Assembly: GCA_048941285.1 (NCBI GenBank)
Contig: JBHLNS010000004.1
Coordinates: forward strand, 2,896 to 66,895
DNA: 64,000 nt
Reading direction: 5' to 3'
Source of the DNA: Promethearchaeota archaeon
Lineage (GTDB): Archaea > Asgardarchaeota > Lokiarchaeia > Sigyniarchaeales > SOKP01
Part shown: positions 45,051 to 53,769 of the stretch, in pieces
How positions within the stretch are numbered: position 1 is the stretch's first letter
Layout of the letters: each line of letters opens with the position of its first letter
Program-made: the position numbers and the translations under genes
The notes under the pieces: model-generated
What the model saw: the letters and a program-made list of their open reading frames with translations, nothing else
Told to the model about the DNA's origin: nothing
Databases searched by the model: none

Positions 45051-45998
45051 ATGTTAGAAAGAGCTGAAGAGATCTATCAAGCTTTATTAGATGGAGGGAT
45101 AAGTGAAGAGGAACTTATCCAGCAAATTAAGGAAAAAACAAATGAATTTCAAGGTTTTATGACCAAGCAAGCAATATTATATCTTATTGCAAAAGAAAAT
45201 GGAATTAATGTGGATTCCTCTGATAATGTGGAAATGGTTAATCACATTACTGAGGATATTATTGATTATAATGAGTTTTCTGTTCCAATCTCATCTATTG
45301 TTGAAAACATAAATAACATTGTCATTGCAGGGAGAGTGGAGAGGATTTACACAATTAGAGATTTTATAAAGAAAGATGGCACTCCCGGACGTATAGGGTC
45401 ATTTCAAATTTGTGATGCTTCTGAATGCATTAAAATCATTCTATGGAATGAGAATGTTGAAATTATGGAAAATGACCTTTTCAAGAAGGGCGAAATAATT
45501 CAATTAGTTGGGGGTTATTCTAAAAAAAATAGTGATGGGAAGTTAGAAGTCCATTTAAGTAGGCAGGGGACTATTATTTTGGCTCCAGAAACCGTACTTA
45601 TATCTGAAAATCTAAAACCTAATTTTGTGAAAAACAAATCCATTGAAATATCCGACAACACTAAACAAGAAAATTTGGATATAAAATCTCAATTATCTAT
45701 TCAAAACCTTCATAATAAGGATGGATACATTAGGTTTATTTCAGGGATAGTAAATGTTGAATTTTTTAAGGAATTCTCTCTAAAAAATGGTGAGAAATCA
45801 TTTCTGTTAAAGTTACAACTTTCAGATGGTTCTGCGTCAATAAAAGTGAATATTTGGGGTTTAAAGGCAGTAGAGTGTATAAAGTTAATTACCAATGGAG
45901 ATAAGGTCAAGTTTTTTAATGTAGTTATTAAGGAAAATTCATATACAAATGATAAAGAACTTAATTTTACGAGAAATTCTACCCTTAGTGTTCTATAA
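45051..45998 (+). CDS. RPA-like single-stranded DNA-binding protein (two OB folds)
   Basis: The N-terminal helical module ISEEELIQQIKEKTNEFQGFMTKQAILYLIAKENGINV is typical of archaeal RPA. Two OB-like units follow (IVIAGRVERIY...FQICDASECIKIILWN; ISGIVNVEF...LQLSDGSASIKVNIWG). Confidence 0.55.
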   Translation: MLERAEEIYQALLDGGISEEELIQQIKEKTNEFQGFMTKQAILYLIAKENGINVDSSDNVEMVNHITEDIIDYNEFSVPISSIVENINNIVIAGRVERIYTIRDFIKKDGTPGRIGSFQICDASECIKIILWNENVEIMENDLFKKGEIIQLVGGYSKKNSDGKLEVHLSRQGTIILAPETVLISENLKPNFVKNKSIEISDNTKQENLDIKSQLSIQNLHNKDGYIRFISGIVNVEFFKEFSLKNGEKSFLLKLQLSDGSASIKVNIWGLKAVECIKLITNGDKVKFFNVVIKENSYTNDKELNFTRNSTLSVL

Positions 45999-46084
45999 TT
46001 TTATTGGAAAAATTATAGAATTATAACTAATATATTTATTAAGGTAATGTTATTTGCTTTATTAAGAATTAAAAGGGTTATTAT

Positions 46085-47371
46085 TTGTTGCAGAAACAGA
46101 AAATTATTTTCGGATTTATCGTATTTTTCATGATTATTCCTTCTATTTATATATATAATACAGAAAATCAATTCGATCCATTCTTAAGCAAGGGATTATC
46201 ACCAAATTATTCTTTAGATGATATATCTAATACTATTAATTATAATGTTCTTACTGGTATAGAAGAAATTGAATATTTCAGTCCCACATTAGTAGAACAG
46301 TCAATCCAAACGATTATACAACCATTTTTTGGTGAAAATAGCTATAGCAATACCTTGGAAAATTTAACTCCAGAAATTTCGTATCCTTTTCCTCCTGACG
46401 ACAGGGTAAGAATAAATAATACTTCAATTTTTCCATGGAGTACAATAACTAAGTTGTATATAACTGCAGCAGACGATACAGAATGGATTGGATCTGGTGC
46501 AATGTTAGATGAGTTTCATGTACTTACATGTGGCCACTGTGTTTATTTACATGGTCATGGAGGTTGGGCTAGTGAAATAGTGGTTGTTCCAGGAATGAGA
46601 GGACCCTATAGACCTTTTGGTCAAGCATTTGCTACTAATTATCGTACATATACGGAATGGACGCAAAGTGAAATGTTCCAGCATGATTGGGCTGTTATCA
46701 CCCTTGATCGAACTATAGGAAATCAAACTGGTTGGATGGGAAGGAAGACTGAGGCACCATCGGACCCTATTTATCAGGGGACACTCCATACAGCTGGATA
46801 TCCCGGTGACTTAGATCTCGGGGAATATATGTATTATGATTCGGATGTAGGTAAGAATGCTGATGCTTATAATCATTGGTATTGGATGGATACCGCAGCG
46901 GGGCAAAGTGGCGGACCAGTATGGCAAGAAGAAAATGGGAGCTACTATATCTTAACTGTCAACGCTTATGAATATGAAAATGGTGCTGATGCAAATTTTG
47001 GTACACGATTAAATCAAGATAAATTTGATCAGATAAATATATGGTTAGCATCAGACACCCCTCCTGAAAATCCTGGTGGATGGGATCCTAATCTTATTGT
47101 GATCATTATTATTATAGCTTCTATTGGAGTTGTTATTGTAATTTTCAGTATTGTGATGGTATCAAGAAGATCACGTCAGAAATTGAAGTTTGTTGAGCCA
47201 TATGAGGGACCCATTACTGAATATAACTCAGAAAGCATCCCTTTAATTACCCCGCAATTATACTCTCAAAATCTTGGGATTTGCCCTAATTGTGGAATGC
47301 AATTTTTTCGGGATAATCAACGATTTTGTTCTAACTGCGGTAATGAGCTTCGTTTAGAATCAGAAGAATAA
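46085..47371 (+). CDS. membrane-anchored trypsin-like (S1B/glutamyl-endopeptidase-like) serine protease with cytoplasmic C-terminal zinc ribbon
   Basis: Catalytic triad contexts LTCGHCVY (His), DWAVITL (Asp) and AAGQSGGPVW (Ser). There is an N-terminal signal/anchor and a TM helix IVIIIIIASIGVVIVIFSIVMV followed by CPNCG...CSNCG. Confidence 0.8.
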   Translation: MLQKQKIIFGFIVFFMIIPSIYIYNTENQFDPFLSKGLSPNYSLDDISNTINYNVLTGIEEIEYFSPTLVEQSIQTIIQPFFGENSYSNTLENLTPEISYPFPPDDRVRINNTSIFPWSTITKLYITAADDTEWIGSGAMLDEFHVLTCGHCVYLHGHGGWASEIVVVPGMRGPYRPFGQAFATNYRTYTEWTQSEMFQHDWAVITLDRTIGNQTGWMGRKTEAPSDPIYQGTLHTAGYPGDLDLGEYMYYDSDVGKNADAYNHWYWMDTAAGQSGGPVWQEENGSYYILTVNAYEYENGADANFGTRLNQDKFDQINIWLASDTPPENPGGWDPNLIVIIIIIASIGVVIVIFSIVMVSRRSRQKLKFVEPYEGPITEYNSESIPLITPQLYSQNLGICPNCGMQFFRDNQRFCSNCGNELRLESEE

Positions 47372-47381
47372 AAATAATTTT

Positions 47382-47987
47382 TCATAATATTTGCTCCATC
47401 AGATTTTCTCCACACTCTTCGCAAAATTCTTGTTGCTTGTCGCGTATTTTTGCCCCACATTTTTTGCAATGACTTAATTGCTCTCTCAGTTTTCTCTCAG
47501 CTTCTTTTTTCTCTTCAATCATCTTAGATTCAATAAATTTTTCATAATCATCTTTTGGATGAATTCCCTTCTGAAGATTGGAAATTGTATCATTTAACCA
47601 CAACATAAATATGTATTTTTCTGTATCTTCTACAGTTTTAAATGATTGGTAATTTTTTGTTATTTTATCTGGAATATCTATGAATTTTTTATTCCCTATA
47701 TCTAAAAAAGTATTATAGAATAAGACTCCATCATAAATTAAATGTTTCACTTCTTGATTTTTCTCAACTTCATAAGCTAGATCGAAGCCAGTAGCACCCT
47801 TATTTATCATAATTAACAATTGCTTTAAAAACTCTAACTTTTTTTTCATATCATGCACTTTAGGTTTTTTATTTTTAGGATCTATGAAGAGATAACCACT
47901 TGACCTATAGTTGTCTGAATTTTTTCTATAATTTTTTTCTTTTTCCATCTTTTTCTGCAATTTTTCTAGTTGAGTACCTATTTTCAT
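47382..47987 (-). CDS. hypothetical protein with C-terminal zinc ribbon
   Basis: CKKCGAKIRDKQQEFCEECG at the C-terminus. The ATG at 47987 lies ~25 nt downstream of a TATA-like AAATTTAAAC, so it is preferred over the TTG at 48029. Confidence 0.5.
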   Translation of the reverse strand: MKIGTQLEKLQKKMEKEKNYRKNSDNYRSSGYLFIDPKNKKPKVHDMKKKLEFLKQLLIMINKGATGFDLAYEVEKNQEVKHLIYDGVLFYNTFLDIGNKKFIDIPDKITKNYQSFKTVEDTEKYIFMLWLNDTISNLQKGIHPKDDYEKFIESKMIEEKKEAERKLREQLSHCKKCGAKIRDKQQEFCEECGENLMEQIL

Positions 47988-48148
47988 GGTGTAAAACCCT
48001 TTTAAGAAGTTTAAATTTCGCGTCAACAATAAAAAATATTCCCTAGACTCAATAGGTGCTTTCTATATAAATATTTTTTCAAATTATACACCCAAATCTA
48101 ATTTGAATATTGAGAGATCTACTTTAAATTCCTGATGACCCTTATACT

Positions 48149-48168
48149 AATTTTTTCTTTATATATTC
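48149..48168 (+). promoter_or_regulatory. BRE/TATA-like promoter of the MglB/MglA-like cluster
   Basis: AATTTTTTCTTTATATATTC. Its position argues for the ATG at 48218 rather than the TTG at 48173. Confidence 0.4.
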
Positions 48169-48217
48169 TGCATTGAATTTTCATCAAAAATTAAAATATA
48201 GAAAAAAAGGAAAAAAA

Positions 48218-48766
48218 ATGATAACTCACATACCAAAAGTTTTATACCAAAATAAAATAACAGAAGTGTTGGATGATATTAGATATAACTATGGCAAATT
48301 AACACGAAAAGGGTATATCTACGGTTTAATAGCAATAGATCAAGATGCAAAAATAATAGCAATAGATTCCAGATTCGACAGAAAGTTAAACTATTGGGAC
48401 TTAAGCTCAATAGGAGCTGCATTATATGGAGTTGCTAGGCAAGGTCAAGATTTTTTCGAAACAGAATCCTTAGAAAGAGCTACTCTGATTTATAGTGATA
48501 TGCGGTTATTTGTCAAATCCATAGGTAACATAGAGCTTCAAAAGAAAGGAAAGCGAGATATTCTTATCGTTCTATTAACCGATAACGAGGTAAATTTAGG
48601 AGTAATGATCCTTCAGATGAGTAAGTTTGCGCAGAAAATTAAAGAAGAAATTGAAAAAAATGATCATATGAAAAATGTCTTAAAAATGCCTGAGAAAGAT
48701 ATCAAAGAGCATATCAAAGAATTAAAGAAACAGATGTTTAAAGATAAAATTGGTACAATATCCTAA
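48218..48766 (+). CDS. Roadblock/LC7 (MglB-like) domain protein
   Basis: Pattern GYIYGLIAIDQDAKIIAIDS...SSIGAALYGVARQGQDFF...LERATLIYSDMRLFVKSIG. The ATG at 48218 fits the TATA element at 48158-48166. It sits immediately upstream of the GTPase gene. Confidence 0.6.
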   Translation: MITHIPKVLYQNKITEVLDDIRYNYGKLTRKGYIYGLIAIDQDAKIIAIDSRFDRKLNYWDLSSIGAALYGVARQGQDFFETESLERATLIYSDMRLFVKSIGNIELQKKGKRDILIVLLTDNEVNLGVMILQMSKFAQKIKEEIEKNDHMKNVLKMPEKDIKEHIKELKKQMFKDKIGTIS

Positions 48767-48789
48767 GATTCTTGAGCTCAGGTGATTAT

Positions 48790-49446
48790 ATGGAATTAGA
48801 GCATAGAAATTTAGGAAAAGTAAAAGTAGAAGTAAGTGAAGATTTTGATTTCAATGATTCAGAAAATATGATTCAATTTAAGATTGTTTATTGGGGTCCC
48901 GGTGAAAGTGGTAAAACTACAAATTTTTTTAGATTACGTGAAAAATTTGATTTGATTAAATTAACTCGGGGGTATTCTATAGAAACCACCGAAGGTCGGA
49001 CTCTCTGGGAAGATTCCTTATATTTACTCTTCAAATTTACACTACATAATATTAAATTCAATATAATATGTCATGTAGTGACATGTACTGGACAGGAGAG
49101 ATTCCTTTCCACACGAGAGTATGTTTTAGATGGAGCTGATGGGATAATGTTTATAGGAGATTCTGAACCCGATAAAATCGAGCAAAATAAAAGAAGTTTT
49201 CGAGAACTGGTAAGTTTTGCTAAACCAAAGAATATCCCATACTTAATTCAGTTAAATAAACGGGATTTAGGAAACGCTATTTCTATTAAAGATTTTAAAC
49301 TTAATTTAGGTCTACCCCTCCAAGAATCATACCCAGATGGTTCTTTAGTTGTATATCCTTCAGAAGCCCTCCAAGGTAAAAATATAATTGAAAGTTTCAG
49401 AGATTTAATGCTCCAAGTAATTTTTAAATATTTTAAGGAAGAATGA
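48790..49446 (+). CDS. MglA-like Ras-superfamily small GTPase
   Basis: G1 GPGESGKT within KIVYWGPGESGKTTNFFRL, G3 TCTGQERF (MglA has TVPGQ), G4 NKRD (QLNKRDL) and GADGIMFIGDS. GGTGAT lies 3 nt before the ATG at 48790. Confidence 0.75.
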   Translation: MELEHRNLGKVKVEVSEDFDFNDSENMIQFKIVYWGPGESGKTTNFFRLREKFDLIKLTRGYSIETTEGRTLWEDSLYLLFKFTLHNIKFNIICHVVTCTGQERFLSTREYVLDGADGIMFIGDSEPDKIEQNKRSFRELVSFAKPKNIPYLIQLNKRDLGNAISIKDFKLNLGLPLQESYPDGSLVVYPSEALQGKNIIESFRDLMLQVIFKYFKEE

Positions 49447-49477
49447 TAACATTTTCGTTGAAATGTAAGGTGATCTC

Positions 49478-51196
49478 ATGGATACAAGTTCAGATTTTAT
49501 TCAACCAGAATTCCTTAACATAATTTTTTTTCAGCAAAAGAACTTGGTGGTTTTCCCATATGTGGATCTAAAACATCTTCATGGATTAGAAATATTTACT
49601 ACTGGGTATAATGTGGTTGATCTTGAATCCACGGCATTTCATAATCTTAAAGAAATATTAGAATTCGAATCGGATAATTCTTATTCTCAAAATCCTACTT
49701 TATATTTCATTTATAATATAGATCGAGAGAGATTAAAAGAAATAATGCAAATGGAAAGTATTCGATGCATTATTAATTCAAATGAAAATGTAAGTAATTT
49801 AGCAAATGGAAGTAAATTTATTTTCTTCAATAAAAAAAATAATCAGTTTTTAAACTATAATTCTACTGCTTCAGAATTAGAATTTGAAAATTTACTTATT
49901 AATAATTCGCAGGATGAGCATATCCTACAAGAAAACATTCATAAAATTAAGATGTCAGCAACCAGAATTTTTAAAGAATTGAATCAATCTGGCAAATTGG
50001 AAACTCTTCCTGATATCCTTGGCGAATATGATAAAAACTATTGGAACACGATATTAGATTTCACAAGCCGTTATTATGATATCAATATTCCAGATACTTC
50101 TGGAATAACATCTAAATCTCAAAAGAATTTGAATGATTTTTCGAAGGAATATGAAGTACTGATTTCAACAAATCAAGCACTTGGGAAGGAATTCATTCAA
50201 TTATTGCATGAATTCAGAAGTAAAAGAGTAAACTCAGCCCATTTAGAATTAGAAGAGTTATATAATCCTCTAAAACTTTTTAATTATTTAAGAAACCATC
50301 ACTGGAAAGAAGGGATTCCAAAAGACTTTGTTGAGGAATGGAGGGAGATGAATATCTCAAAATATCACCTAACTGAATCAGATCAGATAGATTTTGAGAC
50401 TATACTAGAAAAGTTAGGATTAGAAATCAAAGCTATGACGTTATCTCCAAATGTGGCTTTATTGCCAGAATTTGAAGAGGATTCTTTAAGTTTGGTGATG
50501 CCTTTACCTAGCAAAGACTGGAATATTTACAAAAATTGGATAATGGCTCAATTAACTGCATTAGATCAGTTAATTTTATCCATTCCAAGAACTTCTAATG
50601 TTAATTCCTATATGTTGAAAGAATTATCGGAATTAATTAACTTGCTTAAAATCAATAAAAAAGACATTATTTCAAGAGTTCCTCATAATGATGAGATAAT
50701 TCCGGGGGCTATTAAACTAGAAATTATGACACAAATGCAAAAAATGAGAATTGGAGATTGGGTGGAATTATTTGGAGTTCAAAATAAAATTGACTTTATT
50801 ATTGATTTTTTCAGACAATTTTCCAATTTTCATGATGAAGTATTTGGTATTGACAGATCAAAAAAAATTGAAATGCCTATTAAAATAAAAAAATTCAGCT
50901 TCCCCTCTAATCTTGAGAGAAAACTTTTATGGTTTAATCATTTTAGAAATAAAATTGTTCATGGAAAAATGAGCCGTGAGCAGACAAAAATGGCACTAAA
51001 AAATAATGAACCACGAATAAACTCCACATTTCTTCAATTTTTGGCTTATTTAATTAAAAAGCAAGTACATTTCTTGGCTAAAAATTATAACCTTGCAAAC
51101 TACTCCAAAATAAAAGATATAATAATGTTAAAATATCTAAAAAATCATATTTTCTCCCAAAAAGAAATTAAGAAAATTTGTGAATATTTAGAATAA
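49478..51196 (+). CDS. large protein of unknown function with C-terminal HEPN-like Rx4H motif
   Basis: 572-aa ORF with GGTGAT 3 nt before the ATG. The C-terminal helical region contains LWFNHFRNKIVHGK (R490-x4-H495). Confidence 0.55.
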   Translation: MDTSSDFIQPEFLNIIFFQQKNLVVFPYVDLKHLHGLEIFTTGYNVVDLESTAFHNLKEILEFESDNSYSQNPTLYFIYNIDRERLKEIMQMESIRCIINSNENVSNLANGSKFIFFNKKNNQFLNYNSTASELEFENLLINNSQDEHILQENIHKIKMSATRIFKELNQSGKLETLPDILGEYDKNYWNTILDFTSRYYDINIPDTSGITSKSQKNLNDFSKEYEVLISTNQALGKEFIQLLHEFRSKRVNSAHLELEELYNPLKLFNYLRNHHWKEGIPKDFVEEWREMNISKYHLTESDQIDFETILEKLGLEIKAMTLSPNVALLPEFEEDSLSLVMPLPSKDWNIYKNWIMAQLTALDQLILSIPRTSNVNSYMLKELSELINLLKINKKDIISRVPHNDEIIPGAIKLEIMTQMQKMRIGDWVELFGVQNKIDFIIDFFRQFSNFHDEVFGIDRSKKIEMPIKIKKFSFPSNLERKLLWFNHFRNKIVHGKMSREQTKMALKNNEPRINSTFLQFLAYLIKKQVHFLAKNYNLANYSKIKDIIMLKYLKNHIFSQKEIKKICEYLE

Positions 51197-51377
51197 AATC
51201 CTTTGTATATTATTATAGTTCGATTGATAATGAAATGTAATCATAGTAAATCTTAGCATTTAACCTGTGTGAATAGAATTCAAGAGACCTTAAACAATCT
51301 TTAATTATATTTGGTAATAATTTAAAAGAGTAATATCTTTATTTTCTCTTAAAGAAGCGTATATTTTTTTTAATGAT

Positions 51378-52223
51378 ATGAATATATGGGTTTTAGATTC
51401 TGAATCAGGAACTAAATTATTATACAAATCATTTTTGAAAACCGATGCTGATGAAGACATTGTTTCTGGTTTTTTAACAGCTTTTCACCATTTTTCTATG
51501 ATAGAATTTAAAGAATCATTAGATTCTATAGAAATGGGTGGTTTAAGATGGGTCTACATATTAGAAGAAAACTATAATTTACTTTTTGTAGCTGCTGATA
51601 CAAAGCATACAAAGACTGAGTTCATTTTAGCTAGACTTAACGTAATTAAAAATGCCTTTATAAAACAATTTGATTCTGTTTGGAAAAAAAAAGGGTGTAA
51701 TTGGGATGGAGATATTAACATTTTTTTGCCATTTCTCAATGAAATTGAAGATTATCATGATCAATGGGAAGAAGTGGAGGATCTGGCAAAAACTGCTGAC
51801 TTTTTTGATATTTTAGGTATCTTTCAAAGAATTCTAATAATGTTAAGAAATGTAATAGAAAAAAAAATGTATAGTAAATCAAAAACTTCAATTCTCAACA
51901 AAATAGAGAATATGTATAATGCTTTTATTGCTCAAAAAAATTTTAAGGATACCCCAGAACTTAAAAATATTACATTTAGTAGGGAATCTTGGTTCAACTT
52001 AATAGATATAAACCTGATAAAAAGTGATAAAAATTTAGTAAATGAAAATTTAAAATCAATTGTTTCTGGAATTGTTAATATCTTAAAGGAAGTGAAAGGG
52101 GTAAATGCATGTTTTAAATATTTTAGTGAAGAAAAAATATACCGTTATATTTTCAATAATATGAAACTGTTAAAAGATTTAAAATTAGACTTATTCTTGT
52201 TAGAAATCTTTTTATTATTATAG
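51378..52223 (+). CDS. protein with N-terminal roadblock/longin-like domain and helical C-terminal region
   Basis: MNIWVLDSESGTKLLYKSFL...DIVSGFLTAFHHFSMIEF...GGLRWVYILEENYNLLFVAADT...ILARLNVIKNAFIKQF follows a beta-beta-alpha-beta-beta-beta-alpha pattern. Confidence 0.45.
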   Translation: MNIWVLDSESGTKLLYKSFLKTDADEDIVSGFLTAFHHFSMIEFKESLDSIEMGGLRWVYILEENYNLLFVAADTKHTKTEFILARLNVIKNAFIKQFDSVWKKKGCNWDGDINIFLPFLNEIEDYHDQWEEVEDLAKTADFFDILGIFQRILIMLRNVIEKKMYSKSKTSILNKIENMYNAFIAQKNFKDTPELKNITFSRESWFNLIDINLIKSDKNLVNENLKSIVSGIVNILKEVKGVNACFKYFSEEKIYRYIFNNMKLLKDLKLDLFLLEIFLLL

Positions 52224-52278
52224 ATTATTAATTTCAAAAATTCTTTTTATAAAATCTAAATGAAATTAAATAGAGGGA

Positions 52279-52397
52279 GGCTCCTGCCAAAAAGCCTCAA
52301 TAAAAGGCTCAAAATTTTCAAAAGGCAGAGTAGGTTATTCCTATGTGTAAGTAATTACACAACCAAAAGACAAAAATCCAGGGGATTGACAGGAGCC
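52279..52397. ncRNA. candidate structured RNA (unclassified)
   Basis: An 8-bp long-range helix, GGCTCCTG (52279-86) with CAGGAGCC (52390-97), encloses three hairpins: AGCC/GGCT at 52293-52309, TAGG/CCTA at 52331-52343, and TGTGTAA/TTACACA at 52344-52361. The region is locally G+C-enriched inside a 393-nt ORF-free gap. Confidence 0.3.
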
Positions 52398-52616
52398 ATT
52401 ATTTTAATAATTTATAGGCGAACTTTTGCAATTTAAGGGTTTTCTAAAAAACCTTGCTATTAACTTATAAATTGGTTAATTAATATAAAAATTTTAGCCC
52501 TGAATAAATACAATAGAATTGTCTTCACCAACTTTCACCTTCTGTTAAATAGGATTTTAATTAAATAGAAAGAATCCTAGACAATTCTATCATAATTTTT
52601 TTACGATTTCAGAAGA

Positions 52617-53756
52617 ATGTTAGAAGAAATTCCTAAAGAAACCAATCTTCCTTCATCAGATGATATTGTCTATATAAGAATAGATACACTGAAGGATTTT
52701 ATAAAAGAGGTTTTCATAAATTTAGACGTTCCAGAAGGTCATGCAGAAATTATCTCTGATGTTCTTATTTCTTCCGATTTAAAAGGCATAGATTCGCATG
52801 GAATTCAAAGATTAAAAATGTATTACGACAGAATTAAAAATGGGATGTATAACCCAAAAACTAAGATAAAAATCATTCGAGACGATAAAACTACTGCAGT
52901 TTTAGACGGTGGTTGTGGAATGGGGCATGTTATTGCGTATTTAGCAATGAGGTTGGCAATTGAAAAGGCGAAAAAGTATGGTCTTGGAGCAGTAGCGGTA
53001 AGAAATTCTACTCATTTTGGTATTGCAGGTTATTATTCATCAATGGCAATAAAAGAGGGCATGATTGGCTTTGTCACTACAAATACGCGACCTTCTGTTC
53101 CTCCAACTTTTGGTATTGAACCCATGTTAGGTACTAATCCTTTAACTTATGGTGCTCCCACTGATGAGGATTTTCCTTTTCTAATTGATTGTGCGACATC
53201 TATTATCCAACGAGGGAAAGTTGAGGTTTATAATCGATTACATAAGCCACTCCCCGAAGGATTGATTATATCTTCTAATGGCAATTCTAAAACTGATCCT
53301 AATATTGTATTGAATAAATTAGTTAATCGCTCTGCAGCCTTATTACCCCTAGGAGGGAAAGGAGAAGATACATCGGGCCATAAAGGTTATGGTTATGCTA
53401 CATTTGCTGAGATTTTATCTTCGGCTTTACAAGATGGGGTATATCTTAAAGATACCGCTGGTGTAGTTGAAGATGGTCAACAAAAACTCAAAGTAGGACA
53501 TTTCTTTTTAGTTATTAATGTTGAAAATTTCATTCCATTAAAAAGATTTAAAGAAATATCAGGTAATATAATGCGAGAATTAAGAAGTTCTAAGAAAGCA
53601 CCAGGAAAGAATAAAATTTACACCGCAGGAGAAAAAGAATACTATAATGAAATGGAAAGAAGAAAAATCGGTATACCTCTGAATAGAAGTATACAAAAAG
53701 ATATTAAAATAATGCAAAAAGAACTTAATCTAGATAAATTTAATTTCCCATTTTAG
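52617..53756 (+). CDS. Ldh_2-family 2-hydroxyacid dehydrogenase, copy 2
   Basis: Same signatures as 7610..8719 (LKGIDSHGIQR, GMGHV, AVRNSTHFGIAGYY, ATSIIQRGKV, GHKGYGYA). Long stretches are nearly identical to copy 1 at the nucleotide level. Confidence 0.85.
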   Translation: MLEEIPKETNLPSSDDIVYIRIDTLKDFIKEVFINLDVPEGHAEIISDVLISSDLKGIDSHGIQRLKMYYDRIKNGMYNPKTKIKIIRDDKTTAVLDGGCGMGHVIAYLAMRLAIEKAKKYGLGAVAVRNSTHFGIAGYYSSMAIKEGMIGFVTTNTRPSVPPTFGIEPMLGTNPLTYGAPTDEDFPFLIDCATSIIQRGKVEVYNRLHKPLPEGLIISSNGNSKTDPNIVLNKLVNRSAALLPLGGKGEDTSGHKGYGYATFAEILSSALQDGVYLKDTAGVVEDGQQKLKVGHFFLVINVENFIPLKRFKEISGNIMRELRSSKKAPGKNKIYTAGEKEYYNEMERRKIGIPLNRSIQKDIKIMQKELNLDKFNFPF

Positions 53757-53769
53757 ATTGAATTTAATA

